NCBI GenBank assembly: GCA_964418595.1
Contig: CAYQMF010000003.1
Span: 28,630 to 92,629 of the forward strand
DNA from: an uncultured candidatus Brocadiaceae bacterium
GTDB taxonomy: Bacteria > Planctomycetota > UBA1135 > UBA2386
Reading direction: 5' to 3'
DNA length: 64,000 bases
The translations under genes were made by a program, and so were the position numbers. Under the pieces are notes generated by a model, which ran no database searches, was not told the origin of the DNA, and was given only the letters and a program-made list of their open reading frames with translations. Below, one piece after another: positions 44,007-53,050 of the stretch (within the stretch, counting starts at the first letter, position 1; every line of letters begins with the position of its first letter).

Positions 44007-44608
44007 CCCGCGGTCCGCTGCCGGACTTCGCCGCGCTCTACGCCGGACTGCCGACCGGACACGACACCTCGGTCGAGGAGCGCCGCTCTGCCGACGCGCG
44101 CGCCGGCACCGGCACCGCGACGTACGGCGAGATCACCGTCGCGGGAGCGGCGCGCCTGCTCCGCTGGTTTGCGCCGACGCCCACCGACATGATCTGCGAC
44201 CTCGGCTCCGGCACCGGCAAGTTCATCCTGCAGGCGGCGTCGACCACCGACGTCGGGTTGGCGCTGGGCATCGAGATCAGTCCGCACCGGCACGCCGTCG
44301 CGGTCGCGGCCCGCGCGCGGCTCGCCGTGGCGAGGCCGGAAACCGGCCCTCGGGTACGCCTGGAGCTCGCGGACTTCGCCGAGGTCGACCTCAGCGCCGT
44401 GACGCTGGCCTTCGCGTGCTCGCTCACCTACCCGGCGTCGGCGATGGCGGCGATGGGGCGCGCGCTCGCACGTGCGCCTCGACTGCGGGCGCTGGTGACG
44501 CTCAAGCCGCTGCTGCCGCCGTGGCCGCGCATCCTCGGCGAGCGCGGCCAGTTGCGGGTGGAGACGTCCTGGAACGAGCGGGAGCGCGCGTTCGTGTACG
44601 GGCGGTGA
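44003..44608 (+). CDS. class I SAM-dependent methyltransferase-like protein
   Basis: Motif I ICDLGSGTGKFILQAA. The GTG at 44003 overlaps the upstream stop (GTGA). Confidence 0.6.
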   Translation: MTRGPLPDFAALYAGLPTGHDTSVEERRSADARAGTGTATYGEITVAGAARLLRWFAPTPTDMICDLGSGTGKFILQAASTTDVGLALGIEISPHRHAVAVAARARLAVARPETGPRVRLELADFAEVDLSAVTLAFACSLTYPASAMAAMGRALARAPRLRALVTLKPLLPPWPRILGERGQLRVETSWNERERAFVYGR

Positions 44609-44623
44609 GCGACGGCCTCGTCG

Positions 44624-45976
44624 TCAGAGCGGCAGGACCCACACGTTGCGGAAGCGCACGCCGCTGCCGTGATCCTGGAGCATCAGCGGTTGCGGCTCGG
44701 GACCCTCGGCGATGCCGGCCCCGGTCTGCCGCGAGAGTTCCACGTCGTCGTGCACGACGATCCCGTTGTGCACGATCGTGAACCGCGCGTTGGCGGTCTT
44801 CTGGTCGCCGTCGTAGCGGGCGGCACGGAACCAGATGTCGAAGGTCTGCCACTCATCCGCCGGCAGGGCTGCGTTGAAGTCGGCCGCGCGAGCGTGGTAC
44901 AGCGCGCCGCAGTTGCCCGGCGTGGGGGCCTGACCCGCGGAGTCGAGGATCTGCACCTCGTAGCGACGCTGGATGTAGACGCCCGAGTTGCCGTGCTGCG
45001 CCGCGTCGTCCTTGGGCACGGCGAACTCGACGTGGATGCGCGCGTCGGCGAACGGCTGCCTCGACACCGCGCTGCCGCTGCCGGGCACCACGACCATGAC
45101 GCCGGCGTCGACGTTCCAGCGCAGCGCGCCGCCATCGGCGTGCTGGACGGTCGGCGTCGGCCCGGTCGGATCGAAGACCACCGAGTCCGTCGGCGCGCGG
45201 GTCAGCACGTCGGTGCGCGCCATGACCCAGCGCATTCCGGCGAGCAGGTGGGTGAGGAAGCGGCGGTCTTCCCACACCTCCGGGCGATGGCCGAGCGCGG
45301 TGTAGAACATCCGGCCCGCCTCGACGTCGCGGCACCACGAGAGCGCGTAGTCCCCGTCGGTGCGCTTGCCCTTGCTCAGGTCGGTGAGGTCCTTGGTGAG
45401 GCTCAGCAGCACGTGCACGCGATCGCGCGACCACGCCTTGAACTGGTAGATCTCGTCGGTGATCTCGAACGTCTCGCCGAGGTGGAAGGTGGTGGGGTGG
45501 CTGCGGTCCTCCACGCGCACGCGCACCTCCTGGTGCCAGGGGTGTCCGTCGAACCAGCCGCCGATGAGTTCACCGTAGGCGGGGAAGTCGTAGAAGGTGT
45601 CGGTCGCCGAGTGCACGCCGACGAACCCGCCGCCGCCGCGCACGTAGGCGATCAGCGCTGCCTTGTCGGCATCGGCGAGCGGCAGCTCACCGGTCGTGTA
45701 GAACATCACCGCCGCGTAGCGCGCGAGGTTGGTGGCGGTGATCGTGCCGCAGTCCTGCGTGCACTCGAGGTCGAACATCGGTCCCGCCGCACGTTGCAGG
45801 CAGCGCTCCGCGTGCGCCATCTGGCCGCGTTGCACGCGCGCGACCACCGGATGGGTGAACCCGGCCGAGTGCGTCAGGAAGAGGACGCGCGGCGTAGCTG
45901 GCGGCGGCGGGGCCGTCGCCGCCTCGTCCTGGCAGGGGAGCGCGGCAGCGAGAACGAGGCTGAGGAGGGCGGACAC
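44624..45976 (-). CDS. ThuA-like domain fused to a DUF1080 (3-keto-disaccharide hydrolase-like) domain
   Basis: The ThuA part has GGGFVGVHSATDTF...YTALGH. The DUF1080 part has NSGVYIQRRYEVQILDS...NGIVVHD...LMLQDHGSGVRFRNVWV. I prefer the GTG at 45976 (signal-like VSALLSLVLAAALPC). The track start at 46180 would place a 17-bp-stem hairpin inside the coding sequence. Confidence 0.75.
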   Translation of the reverse strand: MSALLSLVLAAALPCQDEAATAPPPPATPRVLFLTHSAGFTHPVVARVQRGQMAHAERCLQRAAGPMFDLECTQDCGTITATNLARYAAVMFYTTGELPLADADKAALIAYVRGGGGFVGVHSATDTFYDFPAYGELIGGWFDGHPWHQEVRVRVEDRSHPTTFHLGETFEITDEIYQFKAWSRDRVHVLLSLTKDLTDLSKGKRTDGDYALSWCRDVEAGRMFYTALGHRPEVWEDRRFLTHLLAGMRWVMARTDVLTRAPTDSVVFDPTGPTPTVQHADGGALRWNVDAGVMVVVPGSGSAVSRQPFADARIHVEFAVPKDDAAQHGNSGVYIQRRYEVQILDSAGQAPTPGNCGALYHARAADFNAALPADEWQTFDIWFRAARYDGDQKTANARFTIVHNGIVVHDDVELSRQTGAGIAEGPEPQPLMLQDHGSGVRFRNVWVLPL

Positions 45977-46132
45977 TTGGGCTGCAGCGTAACGACGCGT
46001 TGTCGTCTTCCGCAACGCCGCGCAGGGGATGCACTGGGCAACGGTGCGTCGCCCGCACTGGCCGCCTCCCCGTGTCGGTGGGAGGTGACCGGCTTGCCCG
46101 GGCAGCCTCCCGGAGGTGGCCCTGGAAACGGC

Positions 46133-46169
46133 GATCCCCTGCCACGCGCATCGCGTGTGGCAGGGGATC
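46133..46169 (-). terminator. 37-nt near-perfect palindrome (17-bp stem, 3-nt loop) downstream of gene 46218..47240
   Basis: GATCCCCTGCCACGCGC-atc-GCGTGTGGCAGGGGATC, with one G-T pair. On the minus strand it is followed by GCCGTTTCC, a weak U tract. Confidence 0.5.
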
Positions 46170-46217
46170 CGGCCTGGCACGAGGCGGGGTCACCGCCTCG
46201 CGTCGGGTATCAGCCTC

Positions 46218-47240
46218 TCAGCTCCCGAGCAGCAGCTCGATCGCGTTCGACGTGCCGATCTGCAGCGGGTTGAGGCCCGGCCAGAAGGCGACGATCTGGA
46301 CGTTCAACCGCACGCCGCACAGCGACAACTGGTTGGGGATGTCGAAGTTCGGCCGCGTCGCGTCGCCGAGCCCATCGAACGTGCAGGGGATGTTCACGAT
46401 CCCGGCGAGGTTGACCGACGCGGTGCAGCCCGGCGCGCCCAGGAAGCCCAGGTCGATGTTGGCCTGGCCGCCGCCGACCATGTACACGCCAGCGGAGTTG
46501 GCGGGGCCCCAACGGCCGGCCAGCATGCCAGGCGTGCCGAGGCGCGGGATCACGTGCGTGTTGCCGACGCCCATCGGGCCGCTGGCGTGGTTGCCGCAGC
46601 CGACGCCGTAGAACGTACGGTTCGCCGCGGTGTTGCAGGTCAGCGGGCCGCACAGGATGCCGATCTTGCCGCCGCCGGTGCCGGTCAGCGGGATCTGCGT
46701 CTGGTCGCTCACCCAGTTGAAGCGGAAGGCGCGGCTGATGGCGGCGCTGTTGGCCGGGAAGAGGAAGTTGCTGGGCAGGGGCTGGCCCTGCACGTCCCAG
46801 CAGATCACTTCGAGGCAGACGTTGCTCGTGCCGTTGTAGGCGAACGGCGTGGTCAGGTTGAGGTCGGTCCAGGTGTTGGCGTTCAGCACGAGGACCGCCG
46901 GGCCGTCGTGGCACACCGTCGGGCTCGGGTTGTTGGTGTTCCAGTCGGCGATTGGAGCCGCCTGCGTCGTGTGGCCGAGGCGGATCTCGATCCGGTTGTA
47001 CGTGATGGTGAACGCCGCCGTCTGGGCCGTGTCACCCGGCACGCGCAGCCCCGTGATCGCGAACGGCGCGGCGCCGAGCACGGCCTGCGGGATGATCATC
47101 TGGTAGCGCACGCCGTGGCTGCCCCACGGGAACGCGTTGCGCCCGCCGGTTGGATTGGGGTCGTCGTAGTAGTACGGGCCGCACTGGGCCGCCGCGCTGG
47201 CGGCGAGGAGACTGAAGGCGACGAACGATGCGAGCTTCAT
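46218..47240 (-). CDS. secreted Gly/Asn/Thr/Cys-containing beta-rich protein of unknown function (paralog of 53051..54121)
   Basis: Clear signal peptide MKLASFVAFSLLAASAAAQ. Its composition differs from its neighbours. It shares ordered motifs with the 53-54 kb gene. Confidence 0.75.
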   Translation of the reverse strand: MKLASFVAFSLLAASAAAQCGPYYYDDPNPTGGRNAFPWGSHGVRYQMIIPQAVLGAAPFAITGLRVPGDTAQTAAFTITYNRIEIRLGHTTQAAPIADWNTNNPSPTVCHDGPAVLVLNANTWTDLNLTTPFAYNGTSNVCLEVICWDVQGQPLPSNFLFPANSAAISRAFRFNWVSDQTQIPLTGTGGGKIGILCGPLTCNTAANRTFYGVGCGNHASGPMGVGNTHVIPRLGTPGMLAGRWGPANSAGVYMVGGGQANIDLGFLGAPGCTASVNLAGIVNIPCTFDGLGDATRPNFDIPNQLSLCGVRLNVQIVAFWPGLNPLQIGTSNAIELLLGS

Positions 47241-47337
47241 GTTGACCTCGTGAGGTGGAAGAGAAGAGGAAGCGGTCCAGCGTGGACCAACCGACCGGCA
47301 AGGCTAACCAGCCAGAGCTGCGAGGGGCGCGCAACCC

Positions 47338-47367
47338 GAACAAAAAGTAACAACGTCGCTGACGTTG
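47338..47367 (-). terminator. intrinsic terminator candidate for gene 47459..49924
   Basis: The minus strand reads CAACGTC-agc-GACGTTG followed by TTACTTTTTGTT. It lies 92 nt after the stop, in a lower-GC spacer. Confidence 0.45.
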
Positions 47368-47458
47368 CGGTCGGTCGCCCGGTCTCATGCGGTGCAATGC
47401 ATACGAGCGGAGCCGGATGCAACCATGGCATCGCGTTGCCGACGTCGTCCGCGCTCGA

Positions 47459-49924
47459 TCAGCGCACGAGCATCGGCTCCACGCCGCGCACGAGGACGGG
47501 CACACTGCGGACCTCGTTCGCGTGCTCGACGTGCAACGTGTACGAGCCGGCGGGGAGCGCGCACGGAAGCCGCGCGACCATCGCGCCATCCGCGTCACGC
47601 GTAGCGCGCACGAGCGCGTTCAGTACGAGGTTCTCGCCCTGCGTGACCCGCACGGTCGTATGGGTCGCGGCGGATGGTGGCGCAGCGATCGTGATCGGCG
47701 CGCCGCGCGTCAGCTCGATGTCGAGGGACTCTTCGTCGGCGCGTCCCTCGGGCGCGGGCACGGCGACCACCTTCGGCAGGAAACCGGGGTGGAACACCGC
47801 GAGGCGATGTGCGGCACGATCGCGCGCGCGCCATTCGGGAACGCCGTCCACCAGTTCGATCGGTCCCGCCTCGTTGGCGTCGAAGCTCTTCGGGACGCCT
47901 GGCGTGAAGCACGGCACGACCCGGGCGCCGTCGACACGCTTGCCAGCGCCGTCGGTGATCCGCAGCGCGATGCGACGCACGATGTCGCATCGGGACAGCG
48001 TGACGCAGCGTCCCGGCTCGCCAAGCTCGTCGGCGAGCACGACCGCGGGTGGCCCCGAGGCGAGCACGAGATCGACGCGCACCACATGTGCGGGCACGGA
48101 CAGGTACACGCGCGACGCCGCGAACCGGAGGTGCTCGGTCGTGGTATCGGTGGCGCTCGCGTATGCGGCGCGCAGCACCTCGGCGTCGGCGGGCAAGCTG
48201 ACGATCGCGTTGCGGGTGGGGATCGTGTGGATCTCCGCGACGCGTGACGGGGACAGCGTCTCCCTGGCCGCGACCTCGTCGAGGAACGTCACGATCCGGT
48301 CGTGGGACTGGAACGGCAGTTCGATCCGGCCGAGGGCGTCGGTATGCGACCTGGTCTTCTGCGGCGCCGACGCGCCGCGGTTGTCGATCGCGAACGGGGC
48401 AAAGGCCACGCGCTGCCCGCGGTCGTCGCGGGCCACACCGCGCAGGTGACTCCCTGTGGGCGCGACGACGACCTCCCCGGTGTCGCCGGGGCGAAGCTGT
48501 GCAACCGCGCGCCCGAGAGTGCCGTCGCCGACGACGACGATCTCGATCGAGCCGGGGCGCAGGCCGTCCACGCGGCACGTGCCGGTGTCATCGGTGTGGT
48601 GCAAATGCGCGCGCGCTTGGGGCAGGACGGCCGACGCCGGCACGCGCACATCGAACCCGGCGAGTGGGCGCGCGCCGGTGTCGACGACTTTCACGAGCAG
48701 CGAAGCGGTCGGGGTCGCGTCCAGCCGGAGGATTCGATCCGACGCCACGAGGTCTTGCGGCTCGAAGATGCGCGGCGCGCAGCCGGTGGCCTCGACGACC
48801 AGCGCGTGCGTGCACGCGTCGGCGACGGTGAGCTCGAGCCCGCCGTCCTCGGCGACCATCACCTGCCGGGCGAGGCTGCGGCCGCGTGGCGGTGCCGCCG
48901 CGTTCTCCGCCAGCGGCACCAGCCACGCCTCGGCGTCGGCGCGAGCCCGATCGCCGTCGCGCACCTGCAGCGAGAGGATCGCATCGGCGGGCCGCGCGGC
49001 CAGGGAGATGGTCTCGGCGTCCGGCGGCACGGAACGGGTGACGAAGCCTGCGGCGCCGACCGCGAGCAGCGTGAGCACGTCGTCGCGCGCGGCGTGGGAG
49101 TCAGCCGCCGGGAACCAGCGGGCCGAGCCATCCGGCAGGCGATACAGCGCGCGCACGTGCGGGATGGCGTGGCCCGCCCCATCCCGCACGGCGACGGCCC
49201 CGCGGGCGTGGGGGGCGGCGCGCAGTTCGAGGGTGTGGGAGTCGGGATCCAGGAGCGCCGCCGGCGTGCTGCTTCCCGGCGCAAGCAGTTGCACCTCGTG
49301 TCCGAGCGCCAGCGTGTTGCGCCAGTCGGGACGCACGAGGGGCGTCGGCACGAGAGGCGCCAGCACGGTCACGCGCCCGTCCGCGGGCACGTCATGGAAG
49401 CTGGCGTCCTCTGGCATGCCCAAGCCGCCGAGGCGCCGCACCCACAGCACGGTGCCGGGGGCTGGATCGGCGACCCGCACTTCGAACCGATCGGCAGCGA
49501 CGTAGCGGTGCAGCACCGCGTGCGTGCCCTGGAACCCGGCGAGGCCGAAGGGCAGCGACTCGCGCCAGGGCTGATACCCCTCGGCTTCGACGACGAGCAC
49601 GAGCGGCGGCTCCGTACCGGTGCCGAGGCGGCGGTGCTCCGGGAGCAGCGGCAGGACGAAGCTGCCGTCCTTCGTCGACTGGACCGCCGGCGCGGGTCGA
49701 CGTGCCAAGGCCGCGCGAAGCCATGCGGCGTACTCGTGCGAGACGTGCGCGAGTGGCTCGATCCGCACGCGCGCGCCGACGATCGGCGCCCCGGTCTCGT
49801 CGACCACGCGCCCGATGGGATCCTGGCCGGTGGCGAAGGCGGCGAGCCACGCGACGCTCGCGAGGGTGCCGAGCCAGGAACAGCCGCGGCGCGCAGCGGA
49901 AGGAACGCCAGCGGATCGGTGCAC
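47459..49924 (-). CDS. large secreted protein with repeated carboxypeptidase-regulatory-like (CarboxypepD_reg) beta-sandwich modules
   Basis: Recurrent G-x-V-x-D-x-x-G-x-P/R-x-x-G-A-x-V modules (GRVVDETGAPIVGARVRI, VKVVDTGARPLAGFDVRV, ITDGAGKRVDGARVV). The GTG at 49924 gives a signal-like N-terminus. Earlier starts would run into the divergent sppA gene. Confidence 0.7.
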   Translation of the reverse strand: MHRSAGVPSAARRGCSWLGTLASVAWLAAFATGQDPIGRVVDETGAPIVGARVRIEPLAHVSHEYAAWLRAALARRPAPAVQSTKDGSFVLPLLPEHRRLGTGTEPPLVLVVEAEGYQPWRESLPFGLAGFQGTHAVLHRYVAADRFEVRVADPAPGTVLWVRRLGGLGMPEDASFHDVPADGRVTVLAPLVPTPLVRPDWRNTLALGHEVQLLAPGSSTPAALLDPDSHTLELRAAPHARGAVAVRDGAGHAIPHVRALYRLPDGSARWFPAADSHAARDDVLTLLAVGAAGFVTRSVPPDAETISLAARPADAILSLQVRDGDRARADAEAWLVPLAENAAAPPRGRSLARQVMVAEDGGLELTVADACTHALVVEATGCAPRIFEPQDLVASDRILRLDATPTASLLVKVVDTGARPLAGFDVRVPASAVLPQARAHLHHTDDTGTCRVDGLRPGSIEIVVVGDGTLGRAVAQLRPGDTGEVVVAPTGSHLRGVARDDRGQRVAFAPFAIDNRGASAPQKTRSHTDALGRIELPFQSHDRIVTFLDEVAARETLSPSRVAEIHTIPTRNAIVSLPADAEVLRAAYASATDTTTEHLRFAASRVYLSVPAHVVRVDLVLASGPPAVVLADELGEPGRCVTLSRCDIVRRIALRITDGAGKRVDGARVVPCFTPGVPKSFDANEAGPIELVDGVPEWRARDRAAHRLAVFHPGFLPKVVAVPAPEGRADEESLDIELTRGAPITIAAPPSAATHTTVRVTQGENLVLNALVRATRDADGAMVARLPCALPAGSYTLHVEHANEVRSVPVLVRGVEPMLVR

Positions 49925-49977
49925 CGTTCGCACGCGGCGGCCACAATAGCGGCCTTCGACTCGCGAACCGAAGCACC

Positions 49978-51795
49978 ATGACCCGACTCCCCTCCCTCCT
50001 CCTCTCCGCATGTCTCCTTCCGCTCGCACCGCTCCCGGCGCAGGAGAGCGTGTTCGGGCCGGGCAGCGCCGAAGTCGCGCGCAAGACACCGTCGCCAGGA
50101 GTGAAGGCCCGGGTCGACCGCGTCGACCTGCGCGGGGCCTTCGCCGACCTGCCGGAGCAGGGCTTCGACCTCACTGCGCTCCTGGCCGGTGGGGGCAGCC
50201 CACCCAAGGACTTCTACGCGATGCTCGGCCAGCTCGAGGCGCTCAGCAAGGGCGACAAGGCCGTGCCCGTGCTCTTCGACCTCACCCAGCCGGTGACGCT
50301 GAACGGGCCCCAGCTCACGGAGATCGCGCGCGTGATCGGCAAGGCGCGCGCCGCCGGACGTCGCACGTTCGCGTACCTCGAGGGCGGCGGCACCACGCAA
50401 CTGCAGATCGCCGCGCTCTGCGAACACGTGATGATGGCGGAGATGGGCACGCTCGACTTCACCGCGCCGGCGATGAGCGTGTCGTTCATGAAGGACCTGT
50501 TCGATCTGCTGGGCGTGCAGTTCGACGTGGTCCGCTGCGGCGACTTCAAGGGCGCGGTCGAGCCCTACATCCTGCCGCGCATGAGCGAGCACCTGCGCAA
50601 CCACTACCTCGACATGGTGAAGCGCATGAACGCCGAGATCGTGGCCCGCATCGCCGCCGGGCGCAGGCTCACCAAGGAGCGCGTGCGCGAGCTGCAGGGG
50701 CAGCGCCTGATCCGCGGCAGCGAGGCGAAGGAACTCGGGCTGGTCGATCGGCTCGTCCCGTGGGCCGGCGCGGAGGCGGCGATCAAGACGGCGCTCGGTG
50801 GACCCGAGATCGAGTTCACCGCGGTGCTCGAGGGCGAGAAGAAGCGGCAGAGCTTCAACCCGCTCGCCATGCTCACGGAGCTGTTCGCGCCCAAGAAGGA
50901 GAAGGAACTCGACGAGCCGGCGCTCGCCGTGCTGCACCTCAACGGCGCCATCGTCGACGGCGACAAGGCGCAGGCGGGGTCGATGGTCTCCGGTGCGACG
51001 GTGAAGCTCATCCGGCAGGTTGCCGCCGACCCTGACGTGAAGGGGGTGGTGCTGCGCGTGAACTCGCCCGGCGGCTCGGCGACGGCGAGCGAAGCGATCC
51101 GGCTGGCGCTGGCCGACCTCGCCGCGAAGAAGCCGGTCGTGTACTCGATGGGGCGTGTCGCCGGCTCCGGCGGCTACTGGATCACCTGCATCGGTCGTCC
51201 GATCCTCGCCGAGATCGGCACGATCACCGGCTCGATCGGCGTGTTCGGCATGAAGCCCGACCTCGGCACGCTGTTCCGCCGCGTCGGCATGCACGAGGAG
51301 CTGATCGCGCTGGACGAGAGCGCCGGCATGATGCTGCCCGACCGCGGTTGGACGGAGGCGGAGCAGGCCCGCATGCAGGGGATGGTCGACGAGGTGTACG
51401 AGCGCTTCCTGGCGCTGGTCGCCAAGTCACGGCGCCTCGACGTCAAGACCGTCCTCCCGCTCGCGGGCGGGCGCGTGTACTCCGGCGATCACGCCAAGGA
51501 GCTGAAGCTCGTCGACGACATCGGCGGGCTCGACGCCGCACTCGCGATGGTGCGCGACGAGGCGGGCGTCGGCGCCGACATCGACGTGACCCACCTCCCG
51601 CGCCCCCGCAACTTCATGGAGTCGATCACGGAGCAGATGCTGTCGGCCAAGGCGCTGGTGCCGGAGGGCCCGGCGCGCCTCCTGCTGGGCCGGCTGGGCT
51701 CGTCGTTGTCGGCGATGACCCTGCTGCTCGATGCGTTCGGGGGCGACGGTGCGATGCGCGTCTGGGCCCTGACGCCGGACCTCGTCGTGCGGTGA
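49978..51795 (+). CDS. sppA: signal peptide peptidase SppA (S49 family, two-domain type)
   Basis: Two S49 repeats. The second carries NSPGGSATASE and SMGRVAGSGGYWI. It has an N-terminal signal/anchor. Confidence 0.9.
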   Translation: MTRLPSLLLSACLLPLAPLPAQESVFGPGSAEVARKTPSPGVKARVDRVDLRGAFADLPEQGFDLTALLAGGGSPPKDFYAMLGQLEALSKGDKAVPVLFDLTQPVTLNGPQLTEIARVIGKARAAGRRTFAYLEGGGTTQLQIAALCEHVMMAEMGTLDFTAPAMSVSFMKDLFDLLGVQFDVVRCGDFKGAVEPYILPRMSEHLRNHYLDMVKRMNAEIVARIAAGRRLTKERVRELQGQRLIRGSEAKELGLVDRLVPWAGAEAAIKTALGGPEIEFTAVLEGEKKRQSFNPLAMLTELFAPKKEKELDEPALAVLHLNGAIVDGDKAQAGSMVSGATVKLIRQVAADPDVKGVVLRVNSPGGSATASEAIRLALADLAAKKPVVYSMGRVAGSGGYWITCIGRPILAEIGTITGSIGVFGMKPDLGTLFRRVGMHEELIALDESAGMMLPDRGWTEAEQARMQGMVDEVYERFLALVAKSRRLDVKTVLPLAGGRVYSGDHAKELKLVDDIGGLDAALAMVRDEAGVGADIDVTHLPRPRNFMESITEQMLSAKALVPEGPARLLLGRLGSSLSAMTLLLDAFGGDGAMRVWALTPDLVVR

Positions 51796-51814
51796 GCACT
51801 CTGCCCGATCCTCC

Positions 51815-52927
51815 GTGACCGACCCTCGCGACAAGCAGCGGCAGCGGGAGCGCTACCTGAAGGGCAGCCGGCACCAGCGCACGCGCGAGGAGGAGCGGCT
51901 GCTCGCGGAGGCGCGCAAGGCGAGGTCGCGCCAAACCAGGCCCCGGCGTGAGGGAAGCGACGACGAGGTGGGGGGCGTGGAGAAGATCGCGCGTCGCGAA
52001 CGCGTGCTGCCGCGCACGGCTCCCGTGCTCGCGGTGATCCCGAATTCGGCGGAGGCCACGGGCACGATCGTGTGGCTGTCGCGCGGCCGGGTCCGCGTGC
52101 GCTGCGGCGAGCAGGAACGCGAGGCGGTACTCGCGCCGGCACTCGCCGCCGTGCAACAGTCCGCGGTGGCGGTCGGGGACGATGTCGTCCTGCACGAACG
52201 CGCGGGCACCGACCCCTGCGTGGTCGCCGTCGTGGCGCGCCGGACGGAGCTGGTGCGCAGCGATCCCGGCAACGAGCACCGCCGGCGTGTGCTCGCCGCC
52301 AACGTCGACCTCGTGGTCCTGGTGTTGACGGCGGACCGGGCGCGCACGGGCCTGATCGATCGCCTGCGCCTGGCGTTGACCGACAGCGGTGCGGCGCTCG
52401 CGGTGTGCATCAACAAGTGCGACCTGGCCCACGACCGGGACGAGCTCGAGCGCGCGCTCCTTCCGCACCGGCAGGCAGGTGTGATGATCGTGCAGGTCTC
52501 GGCAACGCGGGGCGACAACCTGAGCGATCTCCTGGACCTCGTGCGCGGTCGGATGGTCGCGTTCGTCGGGCACAGCGGCGTCGGCAAGTCGACGCTGCTC
52601 AATCGCCTCGATCCGGCGCGCGAGCGTGCCACGGGTGAGGTGCGCGAACGCGACGGCAAGGGCCGGCACACCACCGCGGCGTCGAGCCTCAGCGTGCTCG
52701 CCGACGGCACACGCCTCATCGACACCCCAGGCGTGCGCGCCTTCGGTCTCCCGGACGGCACGACCGACGCGCTCGCCGCCTTCGAGGACGTGCTCGCGTT
52801 TGCGGCGGGTTGTCGCTTTCGCGACTGCGCGCACCGGCACGAGCCGGGCTGCGCAGTGCGCGCGGCGGTCGATCGCGGTGACGTCGACCGCGTGCGCTAC
52901 GAGGCGTTCACGAGGTTAGCCCCGTAG
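51815..52927 (+). CDS. rsgA: ribosome small-subunit-dependent GTPase A
   Basis: Circularly permuted GTPase motifs NKCDL, GHSGVGKSTLLN and DTPG, plus a C-terminal zinc knuckle CRFRDCAHRHEPGC. It has a basic N-terminal extension. Confidence 0.9.
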   Translation: MTDPRDKQRQRERYLKGSRHQRTREEERLLAEARKARSRQTRPRREGSDDEVGGVEKIARRERVLPRTAPVLAVIPNSAEATGTIVWLSRGRVRVRCGEQEREAVLAPALAAVQQSAVAVGDDVVLHERAGTDPCVVAVVARRTELVRSDPGNEHRRRVLAANVDLVVLVLTADRARTGLIDRLRLALTDSGAALAVCINKCDLAHDRDELERALLPHRQAGVMIVQVSATRGDNLSDLLDLVRGRMVAFVGHSGVGKSTLLNRLDPARERATGEVRERDGKGRHTTAASSLSVLADGTRLIDTPGVRAFGLPDGTTDALAAFEDVLAFAAGCRFRDCAHRHEPGCAVRAAVDRGDVDRVRYEAFTRLAP

Positions 52928-52937
52928 GCCTCTACTG

Positions 52938-53015
52938 CGCCCCGCACTCGCCGATGCGCGGTGCGGGGCGAGCCCAGACGCCGCTGAGCTGCGCGCCCTT
53001 CGGGCGCGTCAGCTC
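52938..53015. terminator. two GC-rich hairpins between convergent genes
   Basis: CGCCCCGCAC...GTGCGGGGCG (52938-52970) and GAGCTGCGCGCCC-ttc-GGGCGCGTCAGCTC (52986-53015, one bulge). Confidence 0.4.
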
Positions 53016-53050
53016 CAGCATGGGCATGCGAAGCGCGTCCTTCGCGTGGC

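Noticed and set aside
47426-47439. TGGCAT-cgcg-TTGC sigma-54-like motif.
   Set aside because: The GG-to-GC spacing is 9 nt instead of 10. It also points into the 3' end of a convergent gene, with no downstream plus-strand ORF.
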